This document shows positions 35,450 through 47,930 of a DNA stretch of 64,000 nt, piece after piece. The stretch lies in assembly GCF_020745735.1 (NCBI RefSeq), contig NW_026867481.1:537291-601290 (forward strand), in the 5' to 3' direction. Each line of letters begins with the position of its first letter. Positions within the stretch are counted from its first letter, which is position 1. Source of the DNA: Hemiscyllium ocellatum (taxonomy: Eukaryota). Position numbers and translations under genes: made by a program. Below the pieces are notes generated by a model. It did no database searches, was not told the origin of the DNA, and was given only the letters and a program-made list of their open reading frames with translations.

Positions 35450-37750
35450 AACCTGTCCTTCACGCTCAGCTGAGCAACAACGCTAGACTGATTTGCGGGA
35501 ATGATTTCAGTCAAGTGATTGAACTGTCAGTTTGTGATAATTTTGGGAATAGTGCCCACAACGTTGCAAAGTTTATAGTCGTCATGGAAAAGGATAAGAA
35601 TGGTGCAGATGTTGCAGATCGAAACTGGAGGAGAGCTAAGCTCAACATCTTGAGTCAGGAAATGGCAAACAAGACGGAGCAATTACTTGATGGTAGGGCT
35701 GAATTTGGAATTTTGGAGATCTTTCAAAAGTAGTTTGATGAGAATTTTGGCACACTGTGCTCCTCTAAGAGTGGAGGGTAAGGGTAACATGTTCAGGGAC
35801 CCCTGGATGCTAAGGGAAATCACTAGAGACAAAAAAAAACCATGCAGGTGCTGTAATCCAAAAGTAGAAAAGCAGGAGGCTGGAAAACACAGCAAGACAA
35901 GAGGAGGAGAAGAAAACCTTTCTGGGTATAACCCTTCTTTAGAACTCGGAGCGGGGTTGAATTCTGAAGAAAAGTTATACCCGAAGCATTGACTTCCTCC
36001 AACTCTTGACGCTGCAAGAGATATAATTGCTTGTACAGCAGAAGAAGGAAGTATACATCAGTTCATTTTCATTTAAAAAAAAACTGATGAAAATCCCTTC
36101 AGATACATATTTGTGTGCATGTCTGGTCACAGGTATCTTGCTAAAAAAAAGAAGTTGCGAGGACAAACAGGGTCGACAAAATATCTTTCGTAATTCAGAT
36201 CGTGGAAGATCCCAAGGCATTTTGCACATCCATTAAGAGTAAAAGGAATTCCAATGAATGAGCGGTGCCTACTACAAATAATGGGACAATCTCTCCGTGG
36301 AACCAGTGGACGGGGTTAGGACTTAAACGACTACTTCTCAACCCTCTTGACGGGAAGGAAGACATTGTTGCTGGGAATTTCAGAAGTGATGCTGACTTTC
36401 TAGTAAACGTTGTGGTTTATGAATAAGAAGGGTACGAATTTATAAGCGACCATAAAGGTGCACAGGTTCCCAGGGCCTGACCATTTTCACCTCAGGCTGC
36501 CACGTGACTCAAGGAAAGAGTTTGCTGGGGAGTCTGGCGGATGGACTGAATATTTCCCTGGCCACAGGTGAAGTAACAGAAAATTGAATACTAGATAATG
36601 TGGTTCCTTTGATAAATAAAAGGAGGCGTAGTTAAGCAGAAAATTACAGGCCAGTTCGTCCGACGACAGTGGTGAAAAGATATTGAATAACCTCTGAGGG
36701 TGAATATTAATCCCATTTGGAAATGCAGGATTTGATCAGGGTAATTTGCACTGATTTGTTAGCAGAGACTATGTCCGATCAATTTAGTTGAGATTTGTTT
36801 TTTGAAAAGCTGTCGAAATGTATTGAGGAAGCTACTGCAGTCGATGTGGTTTCCATGGACTTCAGTAAGGCAATTGACAAGATACTCACACGAAACGTTC
36901 GTATAAAAGACAAGAATCCATGATATGCAAGGCGAGGTGTCAAAGTAGATCTACCATTGAGTTGCAAAATAAGTTTAAAGGTAAAGGTGAATCATTGTTT
37001 TATGACTGAAAGCTTGTGACCAAGGGCGTACCACGGGGATCGGTGCTGGTACCATTCCTCTTTGTTTGTACATTAACGACCTGTATTTGAATGTAGAAGG
37101 CATAATAAGTGGATTAGCCGATGAAACGAAAATTGGTGATACTATTGATAGTTTTTTCATTGATATCGTACTCTTAAATTACAGTTTGATATTGATACAC
37201 TGATAAATTGGGCAGAACAACGCTATATCAAATTTAATCATGGTAAGTTCGAGATGATTGGTTTCGGAAGGTCGAATAAGGGAAGGATCGACACAATGGA
37301 TGATAGGTTCAGAGGGAGTATTTAGGAACAAAGAGACGTTGGTCCACAAGTCCATAGATTACTGAAGAATTCAACACGGGGAGGCAGCATAGTGAAGAAA
37401 GAAAACAATATGCAAGTTTTATTTCACTGAGCGTGTAGAAACAACAGCCAGGAAGTCTTCTCAGAATTTTATACAAGAATGCTTAGCCCACAGATGTAGT
37501 AATATTGTCGTTCTGTTTGCCACACTATGGCAACGACTCAAAACACATTGGAAACGATATAAAGGAGATTCACCAGGAATTTGCCTGGGATGAAAAGCCT
37601 GATTTAGTGTGTTGTTTTCCTTTGAGCAAACAAACTGAAGGTCAAACACAATCACATTATAATTTCTATGACACCTCGATTATGGAGTTAGCAATTTATC
37701 CAACCGAGATGTAGCTTCATAATTCAGTCCAGACACTATCCTGGAAACAT
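35450..37750 (+). mobile_element. Long degraded CR1-type LINE
   Basis: KGNMFRDPWMLREI; VDVVSMDFSKAIDK (gtcgatgtggtttccatggacttcagtaaggcaattgacaag); caagggcgtaccacggggatcggtgctgg (GVPQGSVL relic). Confidence 0.7.
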
Positions 37751-39393
37751 TCTCTGAACCCGTTCACAAATTTCTTTATGCTTGTTTGATTTTGCGAGTC
37801 TCCGCAAAAAATGCCATCAGTTTTGAGGCAATGTGTAGACACTGGTGAAGATGGGAAGAATGCAAAATAAAGAAAGCTTTTTGGAGTGAGATATAATTCT
37901 ACGTCACTGTACATAACTTAATAACTTTGAATGTGTAAGGGCAGACCTGTTCTCAAAAAAAATGCTGGAAACAGAAAGCCTGCTGTGAGACAGGAACCAA
38001 CAATAAACAACCGACAGAGAAACAGCATTCGGGGAAAAAATATATTACATTTGTATTTGTAAACAGGTCGCTGAATAGTAATGTCCTTTCTTTTAAACTC
38101 AGTCACTGGGTCAATTTTCCCAACTTCTGAGATTTAGTTCGTCAGTGTTTGATTCACAAAATGGTAACAAAACGGCGATTGACACACATACCAGTTATAA
38201 TTGTACAAAGGGTAAGAGTGGTTCATTGGTTGGAACAATTTCTCGTCACTATAAAAACCAAAGTGTTCTTCAGAGATCAGTGATGTGCCTTTTTCATCCA
38301 AAGACGACATTTCATTTAGGTTCTCCAACAATGACTTAAATGAGAGTACAACCATCCTGGAACACGTACTAATGACATTGCGTGTCAATTTAGTACAAAT
38401 GAGAGCAGCAGTTCAAGAATTCAGCTCAGCACTGCGATCGTAGGAGCAAATAGAAAAGAATAATAAATATTGGCCCAGCCAACGCCATCCTCATTCTATG
38501 TATGCATGATTTAAAAGGCTCCCTCTCTCAATCAATGAAGCATTTTGAAAATTACTCTGTTAGTGTTATAACATAATTGAAACAACAGGTCTCCATTTGA
38601 ACATTAATTGCAAGGTCTCAATATAACTAGTTATATTTTACCATCGGTTGCATGCCATTAAGACATTGCGGGTCCATTTACACTTTGATAGTGTTACAAA
38701 TTATACAACACCAGATTACAATCAAAACTGGTGTTGTGCGATTTTTAACATAGTATACCCAGTCTAACACTCTAAATCATCACTTTGATAACATTCGAGT
38801 CATTTACCCACAGTAAACGTGGCAGTGCCAAAGAACAGTTTAGTTTCCACCATTGTAATTTAGAAGAAATTGGCCCTAGAAAGCTTTGGAAAGTACAATA
38901 TCAAAACATTCAATTCAAATAATAGAATCATAAACCGCCGACAAAGACTGCAAAAGGATCCGTACATCCATATTTGTATCTTAGGATGTTAGTGTTAAGC
39001 GGAGAAAAGTGCTATTGAAAATGTTGAAATTGCACCGGCCACACTGAGACATGCAAGCATTAAAGTGGAAGACCAGGGATGTTGTTTGAAGAAACTAAAC
39101 AGATAAACTGTTGTATTGACACATTTAGTGAGAGGGGTTGAAGATCCAACGAAAAAACTAATTTCAGTTAATGAGATAACTGGGGAGATAAAAAGACGAA
39201 AGTAGAAGAACGACTGTGTTGAAAAAATTCTCAGTTTTATCAGATAAGGGGAAAATGTATACTGGTGACGTGCAATTCGCAGTAGATAAAAGGGAGCAAG
39301 GTTTGATATCATGGAGATGTGTTACCAACACAATGGAGATTTGATGCAGTTGACGTATGAGCCATGCAGCTGCTCCTAAACTTCTATACTCAC

Positions 39394-39462
39394 CGGACAC
39401 GCTGATTGCTGCAAGGTTCAGATAGTAAATGGCAAAAATCAGACCCTTTATATTTCATGTAT
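39394..39462 (-). pseudogene. GPR139-like exon 1 pseudo-exon
   Basis: ATA CAT GAA ATA .. KGLIFAIYYLNLAAISVS G|gtgagt aligns with exon 1 at 55953-56022 (MHGIPRGVIFAIYYPAIAIIGVP); ATG lost and 1 nt missing. The partner exon 2 is not confidently located (possibly about 37750-38100). Confidence 0.65.
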
Positions 39463-41470
39463 TTATATCCAGAAGCTCCTGATGCTCACTGCAAAATGAT
39501 CACGTTCATACATGCTAGTACGTCTTCCAGAATAAAATAATTCGATGTTTGATCTTTTATATAAAATAAATTCATTGAAAGAAAGCAATAAGTGCAGCTG
39601 CTTCTGAGCGAATGTTGCTGCCAAAATGGATAAATTATGCTGTTAATAAACATGGCCAAAAGGTTAAAGAGGTTTAGACTCTAAGCACTGGAGTTCAGAA
39701 GAATAAGAGTGATCTTATTAAAACATATACAGGTCTTAAGGGTAAATGCTGACAGAAAGTGTCCATACATGGGAGACTCTCGGACAAGAGTGAATAGCCG
39801 CAGAATAAAGGGTTGCCAATTTAACAGAGAGATGATTGAGAATTTCTTTTCTCAGAGATCTGCCAGACTTTCGAAATTTGTCATATAGAGCTGTGTGGGC
39901 ACAGTTCCATTAATAGTTGCAGTTGATTTATTTCGAAATGTTTACTTGATTGCTGATCGTCATAAGAATATGTATTACTTCATTATGTGACGGTTTTTAA
40001 AATTCTATTGCTTCATGAGAGATGAGTTTTGCTGTGCAAAACACGTTCTTGCTCTGTCATAATAATCCTTGAACTGTCTGCCGAGCAAAATTATTAAATG
40101 AATTTAAGTTCAACCAGGCGATCTGTCCACAGAAAGTTCTTCTGTGATTCTGAATTGGTAGTGAAGCATTATTACCATTACACCGCCATCTACGATTGCA
40201 GTCTAAATTGTAAATAGTGATGTTGTCTGTCTGTGCATCAGCAGTTCCATTGAATATTATACTACTTGCTGCTCCGACTTGGATGCACCGTGAAACATTG
40301 TTCAAACCTGTTCAGTAGAAATTGAACTGATATTCAGAAATGCTATTTTCCCTGCTTAAACTTCGAGCTGGGTAAGATTGAACAATTCTGGAGCTATTGC
40401 TAAAGTTGTAGAGTTTCAAATTTTTGCAAGTAATATCTTCCATGTTTGGAGAGCATTTCACAAGCATTTCAGGAAAACAAACTTTTCTAGAAAAGCTCAG
40501 TAGGTCTACCTATCTATCTACTTTCCTATCTATCGATCATCTTTCCATTATAAAGTAGATGTCGCTTTTGTTCATTATGTACTTTACTGTGGAACAGGCA
40601 GAGAGACTGACTTAATGTGATTCTCTACAATTGATTATGGTCATCCGAATTTAGAAATGTATCCATCTGGAAGTATAAGTTTTGGAAAGTAAGATTGCTG
40701 AAAACACTGGCATTTATAACATTCTTCTTTTGGCGATAGTTTAATGGGAGCCAGGGAGACATCACAATACAAGATAGTATATGGCCAGATCCACTGCTTG
40801 TTTCATCGTTCCTGTATCGTACAATACGATGGTGTTCCTCAACCACGTTGCCGTGTATTGAAAATGTTTTGGACTTCTTTCCCGTCTCAAATGAGATTAG
40901 GCAGTGTCCAGAAATCATGTTCGACTGGTGTATGTAGCCTGTAAATGTCGGAGGCCCATCAGTGTTTCCCGATACCAGACTCCTTTTTATACCAGCACCA
41001 AAGCCGAGTCAACATTCCAATATAACCGGTTCCCCTTCCACAGATTGCAGCTGTTTAGCCTTTGAGCTCTGCACCTCACAGTGACCCGCTGTAACAAAAG
41101 AAACACATCTCAAACATTACGTGGTATGGGGGGATGGGCAAAACAAGGTGTCTTATCAGTAAACTAAACTTGCACAGTGTCAAGAACATCAAAACTCCAA
41201 ATGAAAAAGAAGTGTTCATAGGGCATTGCAAGTCTTCCTGCTCATGACGATGAAGATTGACATTGGTGGATCAATCAGGCTCAGCTTTTCAGGAGAGCAC
41301 ATCCTGTCAACAACAAAAAAAAACCTCAGTGATGGCAATGGGGAGAAGTTTAAGTTCAGTGAGACAAACATTCCCAACAAACCCGATTATTATGCTGTGT
41401 TGACACCAGACATGACACGAAATCACACACAGGGATTTGTTATCTCCAACGACAGGATTTTTCAAACCCC

Positions 41471-41600
41471 NNNNNNNNNNNNNNNNNNNNNNNNNNNNNN
41501 NNNNNNNNNNNNNNNNNNNNNNNNNNNNNNNNNNNNNNNNNNNNNNNNNNNNNNNNNNNNNNNNNNNNNNNNNNNNNNNNNNNNNNNNNNNNNNNNNNNN
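41471..41600. other. Assembly gap
   Basis: Run of N. Confidence 1.
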
Positions 41601-41704
41601 AAGCACGCTATGTTTTAGCGGTTTGATTTTTACATGGAGACATGATCTTGGTCATGTTTTGAACTATAACTTCTCATTTAGATTAACAGAATCCAACTAA
41701 ATGT

Positions 41705-42014
41705 TTAGATTAGATTAGATTACTTACAGTGTGGAAACAGGCCCTTCGGCCCAACAAGTCCACACCGACCCGCCAAAGCGCAACCCACCCATACATTTAC
41801 CCCTTACCCAACACTAAGGGCAATTTAGCATGGCCAATCCATCTGACCCGCTCATCTTTGGACTGGGGGAGGAAACAGGAGCACCCGGAGGAAACCCATA
41901 CAGACACGGGGAGAACGTGCAAACTCCACACAGTCTGTCGCTTGAGTCGGGAATTGAACCCGGGTCTCAGGCGCTGTGAGGCAGCAGTACTAACCACTGT
42001 GCCACCGTGCAGCC
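41705..42014 (-). mobile_element. HE1-type tRNA-derived SINE, full length
   Basis: Reverse complement begins gcacggtggcacagtggttagtactgctgcctcacagcgcc and ends in (tctaa)n. Confidence 0.88.
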
Positions 42015-43999
42015 AGTTTAATTGAATATGAATAAAGGAAACAAAATTTGTGATTCTCTGTTCAGTCCAGTCATAGTGAAAATTCTCCTACGGCCTTCAC
42101 GTCACCGGCTGGCCAAACAGATTTGCGATTTACTTGTCCACTCCATTAAAATCGGCATGCATTCCCAAGACTGATGTATGTTTATTAAAAGGATTTGGGC
42201 GTTTTGAAAATATTTGTTGTCTCTCCCTGAGGCCAGGAGCGCAGATAACAGTCAACCACATTGTTGTGGGTTGGGAGTGATGTATGGACCTGCAAATATG
42301 AGTTCACTAGTTTCCTTCCCTCAAGGACATTAGATGATTTCATTATTTGGATGGTATTCACTGAAATGCTTTTTAGGCAGAGAGGATGTCTGCTTCAATG
42401 ACAGGTAATCTCAGCGGGGAGAGCTGGAGATCAATACAAAAAGACAGAAACAAAGAGACACTGATAAACTCAGATAAGAACCAGAGGAAGTTACTGTCTG
42501 TGGTGTCACTTCTTCGCACGTAGCTGTCATCTATTATGGCAAAACATTCAGTTCTGAATTTAGATGACGCCTTCAGCACCTTAGTAAGCGAAGACTGACT
42601 CTGGTTACACTTTCATATCAGAATAAGAGTGTCAACACGTTTCGTATTTTCTTTCAAAACATAAAGCGGATGTCTTTTTTATATTCCTCGCCAATGATAG
42701 TGAGCTTTCAGATGAATTCGTTGTTTCTTTTTAAAATTGCGTGTGCTTCTCAGAGAATGCTTTTATTCCCTGACGAGTGCAACATTTTGCACTTGTCTCA
42801 GAGGAAGGAGTGGCAATATTTCAGTGTCACACAATTCACCTGAATTATTGTCACAGTTACTTGAAAACCTATGCCAGTGGAACTCTAATTTGGTACATTC
42901 AGTATCTCCCAGAAATCCTGTGATATTTGCTGAAGATACATGGAAGGTAATTATAATCCTCCAGAAACACAAAACAGATTGTCTTTTTAATTTCACACTG
43001 GGAATAAAATGTTTATTTTAAGAATCGTCGTGCTCTTAAACAAAAATAGCCATATATGTTTGTGCCGTGAAGCTCACACGCTGATGCAAAAAGAGAGAAG
43101 ATCATGACCAAACAATTAGCTTATGAATTCTCGGAGTGTACGCTAGATGGGGTTCTCATACTACTGCAACGTCACAAAACCTCAGTGTCCACAATACAAG
43201 TCAGTTCTGTCAAAAATGACAGAATGACTTCATCCTTATTTATGCATGAAACATTTATTCCTTCGCAGTAAACCTCGAGTTCATTCTCGAATGTTTCAGC
43301 ATAATATCTGCCAATGTAATCTGGCAACACAAACGAAAGGGTTTACAGATCCTACTTGACGCAGATTTGATGTACAACCATAGCAGTCGTGTACTTATTG
43401 AATGGTGGAATTGACATATGTGCAAACCCCACAATTGCACAACCGTACAAGTCATAAAATCTACTTATATCAGTATCCAATTCAAATGCATTGCTTTTCT
43501 TCCAGATAATGGCTGCAAGTACAGATCAGCTGATGGTTGTTCTTTATTAGAGTTTAATTGATCATCAGAAATAGTGAGCTTCAGCCAATATGATCGACTC
43601 CACATCACATATGTTATGTATGAATGCACTGCACAAGCATTTTGGATCCTGACAACATTCCAGCAACATTCGAAGACGAAAGAATTGTGCTCGTAAATAT
43701 GCAGATATTATGCTAAAAAGCTCGACAATAAAATCCAAGCTTCTAACAAAGTAGCAACGGAGGCCTCATTGTTCATTTTACGAACGTAAAGCATCGGTTC
43801 TACTGCAGGTCATTCAATTTAAAAAGCTAATAGATGGGATGTAGGAGGGTACACTTAGCTACGAGCTCCATTGACTGATCTGCCCATCAGCTTTCAGTCA
43901 GTTCTGTTAATGTGCGTATTATATGCTAAGATTATAAAAGCAAATCGATGAACTTGTTTTCTGAACATAACATAACTATTCCCCTAGTTAAGCTGACGA

Positions 44000-44560
44000 C
44001 GGGGCAGTTCTCAATAATGTGCAGCATTGTTAATGTCTCTCTTTCAGTGTCCCATGGAATTGTCGTTTCACAACGACGACTCCAGCCATGAAAGACCAAG
44101 GCCTGCAATGTGTTGGATGGATCTTATCACAAGTAAAGTAATATTGACAGATTTTTTTCTCATATCTGAATCCGACGGAGACTGTTCGTGGAGCTTCCCA
44201 GGAAGATTGCTGCAGAAGGAGGGCCAGGATAAATGATAAATAGTACAGAGACTGAAAATGTCTTTCTGGGAAGGATAAGTGAGGTGCATCATAGACATTA
44301 TCAACCAGCTCATGGTTCTCACCTGTCCGTAATTGTATGCAATGTCAGGTATGCTGTCAAATGGAATGTTGTTATTATGACGTGCCATGCTGCAGTCAAT
44401 TCTGAGTCAGCATGATGTCTTTGTGATGATCCACGACAGGGAAGTGCACAGTCTTCTGCTATTGAGTGCGATCGGCCGAGGTGAGCTGTCCAGAACGTTG
44501 AGACAATAACGCACAACTTTGATCGAGTAAGATTGTTCAATAGGTTAATCCTCGTTTTGA
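44000..44560 (-). pseudogene. Possible decayed GPR139-like exon 2
   Basis: DSELTAAWHV, IPFDS, and QSPSDSDMRKKSVNITLLVIRS (cf. QSQCDPEMKKRRKSMVLLFAIS); weak. Confidence 0.3.
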
Positions 44561-46659
44561 CCTTTACAAATGTTATCTTCAGATTTTCTAGTTACAACAA
44601 GGGTTTAAATCAATTCCTGATCAGCATGATAATCTATTTTAATTCTCTCACGGGTTGGAGTTCTTGACCAACACTTGGCCCGACATAAAAAAAATGGACC
44701 ACTTTGGATGTGACCACTTTGGATTTAGGCCCAGCTGAAGTCAACGTGCAGCAGACAATGTGAACTCTTGCTGCAATTGATCTTGTATATGTTGGGCAAA
44801 TGTAGACTCAATTACATTGTGCATATTCGTTGTACCAGATTTCATGAATGTCATCATGTGGGATTGTGCTGAACTAAACATGGTCATTATGAATGCAATA
44901 GCATTGGGAAGTTGCTTTGGATAAAACAGGCCTAATTTGGGAAAATATGGCAATGTATCAATAAATACTAGGCTCGTGCGAAACTAATTACTTTGATGAA
45001 CCTGTCAATAATTTTGGCGTAATCAATTACCTTGCTAGTTGTACTGACTCGAAGTCCCATTGTATGATCAAACAAACACAACAATTGCCAAGAGTGCGGA
45101 CACTTTTTTTCTTCCAAGAATTTTATATCTTAATACTTCTTAAATATTATGAGGGTGTTGTAATCTTCCACATTTAAAACAGTGAGTTCAAGATTCACAT
45201 CACCTTCTGAGATATACTTTCCGTTCAAATCCTCCTAAAGCTTCTCACCCTTACCATATTGTAATATAATTTGGTTAATCATATGACCATCAAGGAGGAA
45301 TGTTCAATCCTATCTACCCACATCAGTATTTGAGATCTTATGCCTTACTTAAACCACTTGACCACGTCTACAAGCCCCAACTCGAAGCAGTTGTACCGAT
45401 ATATTTCGACGTTTCTGATATTCATTTTTTTTCTGTGTTTTAAACTACTTTCTTTTTCATTGTTTCCCCCAGGATCTAGGAAATATTCATGTATGCAGAT
45501 ATTAAAGCGATCTTGCTTCGAATAAAGCATGACAATATTTAAAGTCCAAGACCTCCAAGGATTTTCAGCAACGAATCGGTTGGAAATAACATGCAGAGGA
45601 ATAATGTTACACTGACGCTGGATACTGTGATGGTGCCAGAAACAAATTTAATATGCTCCACAGGAAAACTGCAGATTGTGGGAATTCCGAATTAAAGTCA
45701 ATCCCAAAATTAAGACTCCCTTAATTTCTTTTAGAGATGATCAATCAAAACTGAATGCAAATAAGCAGAGGAAAGGTGTTCCCTCGATGCACAAAAAACA
45801 CCAACATTCAAGTGGACGGCTGAATGTGCCACGGACACTGATATTTCAAAAGCTAATGACAAGCCTTTGGACTCAAAAGTTAAATTTGCTTTCTCACCGC
45901 AGATGCATTCAGACCTGATCAGTTTGTATCGCAATATCTGGTTGTGCTTCAGATGAGTACATATTGCATGACACCCAAAAGCAATCAGTGAATTAAAATT
46001 TCAGATTGCCCCTCCTGGAAGAGCAACTGTTTTCTGTCTGTTTTTCTGTTTTAAAAATAAAAGATGGACCCTTCGTTGTGGAGACAATGGATTGATTCCA
46101 CCTATGCAGACGCATTCACGTCACCGGGAACCACCACTCCAATAATTGGGACCGTTCCTCTTCAAACCTTTCAATGTCAAGGCTCCAGCCAAGTTTTTGC
46201 ACTGTCCCGAAGCTGAAATAAGATCTGAAATCCTGATGAATAGGAACGCGGATCATTTTAATGTATCTGATCAGTTCATGTCGCTGAAGCCATCAGAGTC
46301 AATGACCAAGCCTCTTACAGAAAGGGAAGGTGCTATGACTGCCTCTGCTCCTTCAAAACCTGCATGTGTCCTGGGATGAGGAAATTTAGATCTGTGCAGA
46401 GATCCTCGATGCTACCATTGTTCTCTTTGGAGCAAGGTGAAACAAAGTTTTCTTGGAGTTGTTTGCAATGAGGGGTTTGGGAGCGGTGGGGCGGATGGCT
46501 TAGTGCAACAGTGGATTCAAAACTGTTTCCATTGACGAGTGTCAGATCGGCCAGTTGCCAGCGGAATGTTTTTGAAAGCATTTAACGACAAATAGGCTTG
46601 CATTTGTACAACATGAACATACAAAGTTTGTGAAGGTTTGTAGCATAGGTTGAGGTTTA

Positions 46660-47150
46660 GGGTGTAGGTTTGCTCGCTGAGCTGTTGGTTTGATATCCAG
46701 ACGTTTCATTACCTGGCTAGGTAGCATCGTCAGTGGCGACCTCCAAGTGAAGCGAAGCTGTTGTCTCCTGCTTTCTATTTATATGGTTGTCCTGGATGGG
46801 GTTCCTGGGGGTTTTGGTGATGTCATTTCTTGTTCGTTTTCTGAGAAAACGTGGGTGCGTTCAAAGGGATTTTCGGTTTTGTTTTCAGTGGTCATTTTAC
46901 CAGCACTAATCCATGTAAAAACCATAACTCTTGGAAACGGAGTCAGAAGCGTTCAAACCTGAGCAGGAAGCCGTGTTTTCTTTTAACATTGCCATTACCC
47001 GCAACTATTGGCCATGACAACAACATTGCTGCGAATTCGGCAATGTTTATGCAGGCAAGGATTCTTTTCGGCTCGTCCTGTCCATACCATCGCCCGAACG
47101 TTGCCTGTCATCCTGCAATTGACCAGAAAAGAAGAAACTGAGGGGATCTG
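46660..47150 (-). mobile_element. Penelope-like element terminus (pseudo-LTR) and adjacent fragment
   Basis: ttgctcgctgagctgttggtttgatatccagacgtttcattacctggctaggtagcatcgtcagtggcgacc; related to the termini near 22660 and 56440. Confidence 0.65.
46703..46733 (-). ncRNA. Minimal hammerhead ribozyme core in a Penelope terminus
   Basis: Minus strand CTGACGA-tgctacc-tagcca-ggtaat-GAAAC: conserved CUGANGA and GAAA boxes around a short stem II. Stems I and III were not verified. Confidence 0.5.
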
Positions 47151-47731
47151 TAATTAAGTAGTGTGAGAGAGAAAAAAGTAGATGGGAAGAATCCATTTCT
47201 GTGTACAGAGAAGTACGTAATCAAGGTGCAGGCTCGAGAAAGGAAAATGCCTTTGTATTTATCTAATGCCTTTCACCACAATCTGAATTCAAAATGCTTC
47301 ACCGCCAGTTCCTGCCGTTTGAAGTGAAATCGGATGCAAACTCTTCCAAATGACTATATTTCTCTCCCTGCAGACATGCGCAGACCATATGTGCATTTCC
47401 AGCATTTTATTTGCATAGATTTGAATTTAGACTTTCAGATATCTGGTCGGCTTTTCTCTGTTTGTCGGGTTGACATTGATTTCCAGAATGTTGTCGTCCA
47501 AACGTTCGCTTTAAATGTGACGTTTCTCAAATTTCTCCTATGTGGAGCTCAATGTTTGACTTGTTCCATTGAAATGAAAACGTCCTGGTATATTCGCTGA
47601 CCTCCTCCAGAAGTCACAATTACAACTATGGGATCTGTGGTTCAAACATTAAAACAAAAGCAAAAAAAGAGAATGCTGGTGAAACTCACTAGATATATCC
47701 CCTTCTCCTGGTTGGGTAATGTAAGAAACTA

Positions 47732-47821
47732 GGGCTTGTCCGCGATTTGAACCCGGGATCTCTCACACGCCCACGCATCAGGAGGCCCGAAGCGAAAATC
47801 ATACCGCTATACCAACGAGCC
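47732..47821 (-). tRNA. tRNA-Pro(CGG)-like sequence with an 18-nt insertion at 37/38, probably a pseudogene (copy A)
   Basis: GGCTCGTTGGTATAGCGGTATGATTTTCGCTTCGGG[cctcctgatgcgtgggcg]TGTGAGAGATCCCGGGTTCAAATCGCGGACAAGCCC; mismatches in the acceptor and T stems; no clear oligo-T terminator. Confidence 0.8.
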
Positions 47822-47840
47822 ACATTAATGTAAGAAGCTA

Positions 47841-47930
47841 GGGCTTGTCCGTGATTTGAACCCGGGATCTCTCACACGCCCACGTATCAGGAGGCCCGAA
47901 GCGAGAATCATACCGCTAGACCAACGAGCT
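47841..47930 (-). tRNA. tRNA-Pro(CGG)-like sequence with an 18-nt insertion at 37/38, probably a pseudogene (copy B)
   Basis: AGCTCGTTGGTCTAGCGGTATGATTCTCGCTTCGGG[cctcctgatacgtgggcg]TGTGAGAGATCCCGGGTTCAAATCACGGACAAGCCC; 109-bp tandem period with copy A. Confidence 0.8.

Noticed and set aside
39164-39400. Foamy-virus env-like peptide (YRSLGAAAW..THLHDIK)
   Set aside because: The similarity is short and needs gaps, and the frame starts across the donor of a GPCR pseudo exon 1; no gag or pol is seen nearby.
45731-45934. V-like words (GEKANLT, EIS..HSAV, FCASR)
   Set aside because: The order and spacing do not fit a V domain; there is no Cys23/Trp41 pair and no RSS.
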